From Octopus sinensis (Eukaryota): a stretch of DNA of 64,000 nt. Positions 62,418 through 64,000 of the stretch are shown in pieces (the stretch's first letter is position 1; each line of letters begins with the position of its first letter). The translations under genes were made by a program, and so were the position numbers. The notes beneath the pieces were generated by a model. The model ran no database searches, was not told the origin of the DNA, and was given only the letters and a program-made list of their open reading frames with translations. The stretch covers positions 58,900,001 through 58,964,000 of the forward strand of contig NC_043004.1 in assembly GCF_006345805.1 (NCBI RefSeq), given 5' to 3'.

Positions 62418-62646
62418 TTAACCCTTTTGTTACCAACCCGGCTGAAACCGGCTGTGGATCTGTAGTACAAATGTTTTGTTTTCATAAGTTTTGAATTAAA
62501 ATATTCCACCAAAACTTAGTCCCAATTTATGTTCCCAATGATGACTTAATGATGACTAAGTTATGTTACTAAATTCTTTGTTATATTTAAAATAATTGAA
62601 AGGAACACAGAGCATCTCAAAATAAATACAGTAATGAAAGGGTTAA
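62418..62646. mobile_element. MITE-1 in a NOS1AP intron
   Basis: TTAA TSD and TIRs. Confidence 0.88.
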
Positions 62647-62966
62647 TGGAATGACGATGCACTCAAGGGTGGTCCATTCCTGGGATTTAAGCAAAAAATT
62701 TGGACTGTCCATATATTAAACTCTGATTTAAAAAAATTAAATTTGAAAGAGATTGGAACTTTTAGGATTTAAGGGAGGGGGTAAAAAATCTAAAAGAAAA
62801 AGTATTTTTTTCTTATAATCATATGAATTCTCATGTGTAGAAGACAAATTTTCAAAAATTTTCTGGCAATTCCAAAAAATGAAAAAGTTTCAAAGGTTAT
62901 ATAGGTTGCTTAACCCTTTTTTTTTTTTTTTGGTTACTTTGATTTTTTAAGTCTGAATGTTCTTAC

Positions 62967-63389
62967 CTGTGCTTCTATACGCGCGGCTGTCTCAGCGGCT
63001 AGTTGGTCCTTCAGGAGATGAACCTGAGCAATAGCAACTTGTGTTTGTTGCTGTTGCTGCTCAAGTTGCTGGCGTAGCAGTTGCACTTGGTGGTGCCGAC
63101 TAAGGGGCATGTGCGCTTCCAGATGACCGTAGTCCCCAAGTAGCACAGGTGAGCTGATTGGTGACACGATTGTCGTCCCACCTGTCGTCAATGTCTTTCC
63201 AGCCAAACTGACTCCGACATTGCTGACTCGGCCACTCACTCCACCTCCACCACTACTTCCACCAACACCACTTCCACTAATGCAACTACTACTACCACCA
63301 ATACTACCACCAATACTACCACCACTGACGACGTTCCCTCCACCAACCACTAAGCTACTGCTACTGCCTCCTACTGTCACTGCAGCATT
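62967..63389 (-). CDS. NOS1AP: NOS1AP/CAPON-like adaptor, coding exon (Gly/Ser-rich linker plus start of coiled coil)
   Basis: Minus-strand acceptor ttttattttcag, donor gtaaga, 423 nt. Ends [47 protein letters not shown], close to the CAPON motif [27 protein letters not shown]. Confidence 0.92.
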
Positions 63390-63477
63390 CTGAAAATAAA
63401 AGAAAGAAGAAAGAGAAAGTAAAGCATCTGTTAAACAGGTGAATAAAAGAATAAGATATAAGATCATCATCCTATAC

Positions 63478-63930
63478 AGGCAAAGGTGTGGCTGTGTGGT
63501 AACAAGTTTGCTTCCCAACCACATGGTTCTGGGTTCAGCCCCACTGCATGGCACTTTGGATAAGTATCTTCTACTATAGCCTCATGAGTGGATTTGATTG
63601 ACAGAAACTAAAAGAAGCCCCCGTTGTATATATCTGTATGTGTAGATGGAAGCAGAAAGAAGCCTGTCTTACACACACACATGTATTTGTGTATCTGTGT
63701 ATGTGTGTATGTGTGTGTGTGCATGTGTATGTGTCTTTTCCCCACCGCCACTTGACAACAGGTGCAGGTGTGTTAATGTCCCTGTAACTTAGCAGTTCGG
63801 CAAAAGAGGCTGATAGAATAAGTACCAGGCTTAAAAATTAAAGTACTGGGGTTGATTCCTGCGACAAAAAATTCTTCAAAGTGGTGTCCCAGCACGGCCA
63901 CAGTCTAATGACTGAAACAAGTAAAAGATA
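63478..63930 (+). mobile_element. Older SINE family A copy in a NOS1AP intron
   Basis: Diverged match to the family sequence. Confidence 0.8.
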
Positions 63931-64000
63931 TATATGTATGTATGTGTAAATAACATACCCCCATACAGTTTCCATTTACCAAAATCATTCACAAAGCATT

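Noticed and set aside
63390-63554. N-terminal part of ORF 62934-63554 as coding sequence
   Set aside because: It derives from a SINE and an intronic polypyrimidine tract; the exon starts at the acceptor at 63389.

Overview
AT-rich, repeat-dense eukaryotic DNA with spliceosomal introns. The SINE families and heavy microsatellite load suggest an octopus (coleoid cephalopod) genome; this is an inference. Two convergent host genes are visible. ARPC5 (+) has its last three coding exons at 4485-4551, 10194-10370 and 12728-12790. A NOS1AP/CAPON-like gene (-) has its last three coding exons at 63389-62967, 61714-61574 and 60781-59010, with an apparent 1-nt frameshift in a CAA repeat near 60430. Introns and the intergenic region contain many nested mobile elements. 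These include a near-full-length RTE LINE (31184-35677; APE endonuclease, RT and an inserted PHD-like finger) sitting inside a SINE, many 5'-truncated RTE 3' ends, about 20 copies of one tRNA-derived SINE plus three other SINE types, piggyBac-, hAT-, Tc1/mariner- and Merlin-like MITEs, three non-autonomous Helitrons, a solo LTR and an R4/Dong fragment. The least expected signals are several minimal type I hammerhead-ribozyme-like motifs in short elements embedded in (TA)n tracts (one with a G3-C8 core swap, one in a perfect 60-bp palindrome), a candidate intron and a locally out-of-frame catalytic motif in the LINE, a hairpin-unit array in the LINE 3' UTR, and a 1.2-kb inverted duplication in an ARPC5 intron. 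All coordinates were read by eye and repeat boundaries are approximate.
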